Both the position numbers and the translations under genes were made by a program. A DNA stretch of 63,977 nt, filler included, from Malassezia furfur (Eukaryota): assembly GCA_052055015.1 (NCBI GenBank). It is 7 parts of 7 records of this genome, joined end to end, with 100 filler letters (N's around TTAATTAATTAA, not from the genome) between each part and the next. Parts side by side here need not be neighbours in the genome. Positions count along the whole stretch, not along the records: positions 56,321 to 63,977 come from JBQJIT010000489.1; 6 more parts are not named here. One strand, written 5' to 3'. Shown piece by piece: positions 63,714 to 63,977 of this stretch (the stretch's first letter is position 1; each line of letters begins with the position of its first letter). Below the pieces are notes generated by a model. The model did not search any database and had not been told where the DNA came from. It was given only the letters and a program-made list of their open reading frames with translations.

Positions 63714-63977
63714 ATGGACCCTTTCCTGTACAAGAAGTACGTTCGCCCTCGGGGAAGTCGTGCAGGGCAGAGGGATTGCCTTCGTGAAAGAGGGTCATCG
63801 ACTGTCTTGTATCGAGTCTGCCCGGTCCTGTGAATCTGAACATATGCTAACCTTGCCCTCCTTGGGCTGTCTACAGGAACACTGTGCCTGAGCGCCAGCG
63901 CATCTACCAGGCGGACCCTCGCCCCGTCTACCTGCGTGCCCCTGCCTCGAAGCTGATGTACGGCATCTTCCTTGGCT
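63714..63977 (+). CDS. COX7: Cytochrome c oxidase subunit VII (3' truncated by window)
   Basis: MDPFLYKK, intron 63737-63876, then NTVPERQRIYQADPRPVYLRAPASKLMYGIFLG. Confidence 0.75.

Noticed and set aside
63737..63876. Possible TPP riboswitch in long introns
   Set aside because: The conserved TPP aptamer motifs are not present and the host genes are unrelated to thiamine.

Overview
This is eukaryotic DNA from a very gene-dense, GC-rich basidiomycete yeast, most consistent with Malassezia (inferred from gene content, compact spacing and tiny introns). It is not one locus. Seven unrelated contig segments (the five complete ones 9300, 9287, 9278, 9278 and 9272 bp, in descending size) are joined by artificial 100-bp linkers (44N-TTAATTAATTAA-44N), so gene adjacency is only meaningful within a contig. 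About 45 mostly housekeeping genes can be reconstructed once introns are spliced by eye. Several are missing or fragmented in the ORF track (COX12, G-gamma, RAMP4-like, VTA1, CENP-A, COX7, DUF202, Yippee). Most notable observations: (1) pervasive 21-29 nt GT-AG introns, several of them 3n and stopless; (2) two intronic C/D snoRNAs in GID8 with clear rRNA antisense elements; (3) a TKL-type kinase with WNK-style relocation of the catalytic lysine; (4) a stand-alone RPA70 N-terminal-domain gene without DNA-binding OB folds; (5) a tandem triplet of Frm2/Hbn1 nitroreductases; (6) hairpins between branch point and 3' splice site in longer introns, including those before micro-exons; (7) head-to-head RPN6/RPN7. 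No tRNA, rRNA, CRISPR or transposase was recognised. Gene identities come from motif recognition by eye, not database searches.
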